Source: Mobula birostris
Lineage: Eukaryota
DNA length: 64,000 nucleotides
Reading direction: 5' to 3'
Assembly (NCBI RefSeq): GCF_030028105.1
Contig: NC_092373.1
Span: forward strand, 45,750,699-45,814,698
Shown here: positions 62,080-64,000 of the stretch, piece by piece
How the letters are laid out: the number at the start of each line of letters is the position of its first letter
Position numbering within the stretch: the first letter of the stretch is position 1
The notes under the pieces: generated by a model
Told to the model about the DNA's origin: nothing
What the model saw: only the letters and a program-made list of their open reading frames with translations
The model's database searches: none
Program-made: the position numbers and the translations under genes

Positions 62080-64000
62080 CTGACTTTTACATTGTATCAG
62101 AGGGATAGGAAGGTAGACAGAGGGGGTGGCATGGCTCTGCTGATAAAGAATGGGAAAATCAGGTTGGAAATGGATCTCAAGAGAGTGAGTTTGTTGAATG
62201 CCTATGAGATGGCTTTTTAAAACAGTTTGTTATTGAGCCTACTAATGGATCAAATACACTGATTATGTACTGAACTGGAGTTGATTAGGGAGCTTGAGGT
62301 AAGAGAACCCTTAGGAGACAGTGATCACAATATGACTGAGTCCAACTTGAAATTTGATTGGGAGAAAGTAAAGTGTGATGTAGCAGTATTTCAGTGGAGT
62401 AAAGGAAGTTACAGTGGTATGAGAGAGGAGTTGGCCAAAGTAAATCGGAAGGAGATGCTGACAGGGATGACAGCAGAGCAGCAGTGGCATGAGTTTTTGG
62501 GAAAACTGAGGAAAGTCCAGGATAGATGTATCCCAAAAACAAAGAAATACTCATATGGCAAAATAGTATAACTGCGGCCGACAAGGGAAGTCAAAGCTAA
62601 TGTAAAAGCAAAAGAGAGGGCATACAATGAAACAAAAGTTAGTGGGAAGATAGAGGATTGGGGAGCTTTGATAAACCTACAGAGAGCAACTAAAAGAATT
62701 ACAGGGAGGGAAAAGATGAAATATGAAAGCAAGCTAGCAAACAATATCAATGTGGATAGATAAACTAAGTGAATACTGTGGAAGATACTAGCAGTGTGCC
62801 AGATGTTGAAAGGTGTGAGGGAAGAGAAGCCAGTGCAGCTAGGAGAATGTGACTGGGTGGTAGGATACAAGGGAGAAGATGCTCAAAAAGCTGAAAGATC
62901 TAAGGGTACATAAGTCATGTGGACCAGATGAACTGCACCCTAGAGTTCTGAAAGAGGTAGAGGTAGAGATTGTGGAGGCATTAGTAACGATCTTGCAAAA
63001 ATCATTGGACTCTGACATGGTGCCAGAGAAATGGAAAATTGCAAATGTCACTCTACTCTTTAAGAAAGGAGGAACATAACAGAAAGGGAATTATAGATAG
63101 TTAGCTTGACCTCAGTGATTGGGAAGATGTTGGAGTCAATTGCTAAGGATGGGGTTATGGAGTACTTGGAGATACAGGACAAGATAGGACAAAGTCAGCA
63201 TGGTTTCCTTAAGGGAAAATCTTGCCTGATGAACCTGTTGGAATTCTTTGAGGAGATTACATGTAGGATAGATAAAGAGGATGCAGTGGATATTGTACAA
63301 TTGGACTTTCAGAAGGCCTTTGTCAGTGCCACACATGAGTATCCTTACCAAGTTAAAAGCCTATGGTATTACAGGAAAGTTACTGGCATGATTAGAGCAT
63401 TGGCTGATAGGTAGGAGGCAGGGAATGGGAATGAAAGGGTCCTTTTCTGGTTGGCTGCCAGTGACTAATGGTGTTCTGCAGGGGCTGGTGTTGGGGCTGC
63501 TGCTTTTATGCTGTATATCAATGATGTAGATGATGGAACAGATGGCTAAGTTGCCAAGTCTGCAGACGGGGCAGGTAGTGTTGAAAAAACAGGTAGGCTA
63601 TAGGTGGACTTATACAGATTAGGAGAATGGGCACGGGAATGAAAAATGAAATAGAGTGTTGGAAAATGCGTGGTCATGCAATTTCGTAGTAGAAATAAAT
63701 GTGCAGACTATTTTCTAAATGGGGAGAAAAATCCAGAAATCTGAGATGGAAGGGCACTTGGGAGTCCTTCTGCAGAACACTCCGAAGGTTAACTTGCAGG
63801 TAGAGTCAGTGATGAGGAAGGCAAATGCAATGTTAACATTCATTTCAAGAGGTCTAGAATACAAGAGCAGGGATGTGATGCTGAAGCTTTATAAGGCACT
63901 GGAGAGGCCTCACCTTGAGTATCGTGAACAGTTTTAGGCTCCTCACCAAAGAAAAGACATGCTGGCATTGGAGAGGGTTCAGAGGAGGTTCACAAGGCTG
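62080..64000 (+). mobile_element. CR1 LINE ORF2, degenerate, running off the window end
   Basis: GDSDHN, KSCGPDELHPRVLKE, QHGFLKGKSCL, LDFQKAF, LYKALERPHLEY; colinear with 46455-48620. Confidence 0.92.

Overview
Eukaryotic, AT-rich, repeat-dense intergenic or intronic DNA. The repeat repertoire (HE1/V-SINE-like SINEs, CR1, Rex1/Babar, L2 and RTE LINEs, abundant Penelope-like elements) suggests a cartilaginous fish, probably a ray; this is inference. I recognise no host protein-coding gene. The long ORFs are transposon remnants, their antisense frames, or chance. The dominant feature is at least two families of Penelope-like elements (PLEs; RT plus GIY-YIG endonuclease) whose 3' pseudo-LTR carries a minimal type I hammerhead ribozyme. 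Eight PLE insertions have readable target-site duplications (TSDs). Four of them are inverted two-armed insertions of about 58, 241, 1683 and 1943 bp, and each has one short and one long 3' terminus. Also present are two related Gypsy-type solo LTRs (one inflated by tandem arrays and a 50-bp-arm hairpin), an internally deleted Gypsy element with nested CR1, LTR and hAT insertions, a Tc1 derivative, a tRNA-headed SINE, and a few low-confidence candidate exons and conserved non-coding blocks. Nothing here is demonstrably a new biological system; the most informative signal is the PLE insertion architecture.
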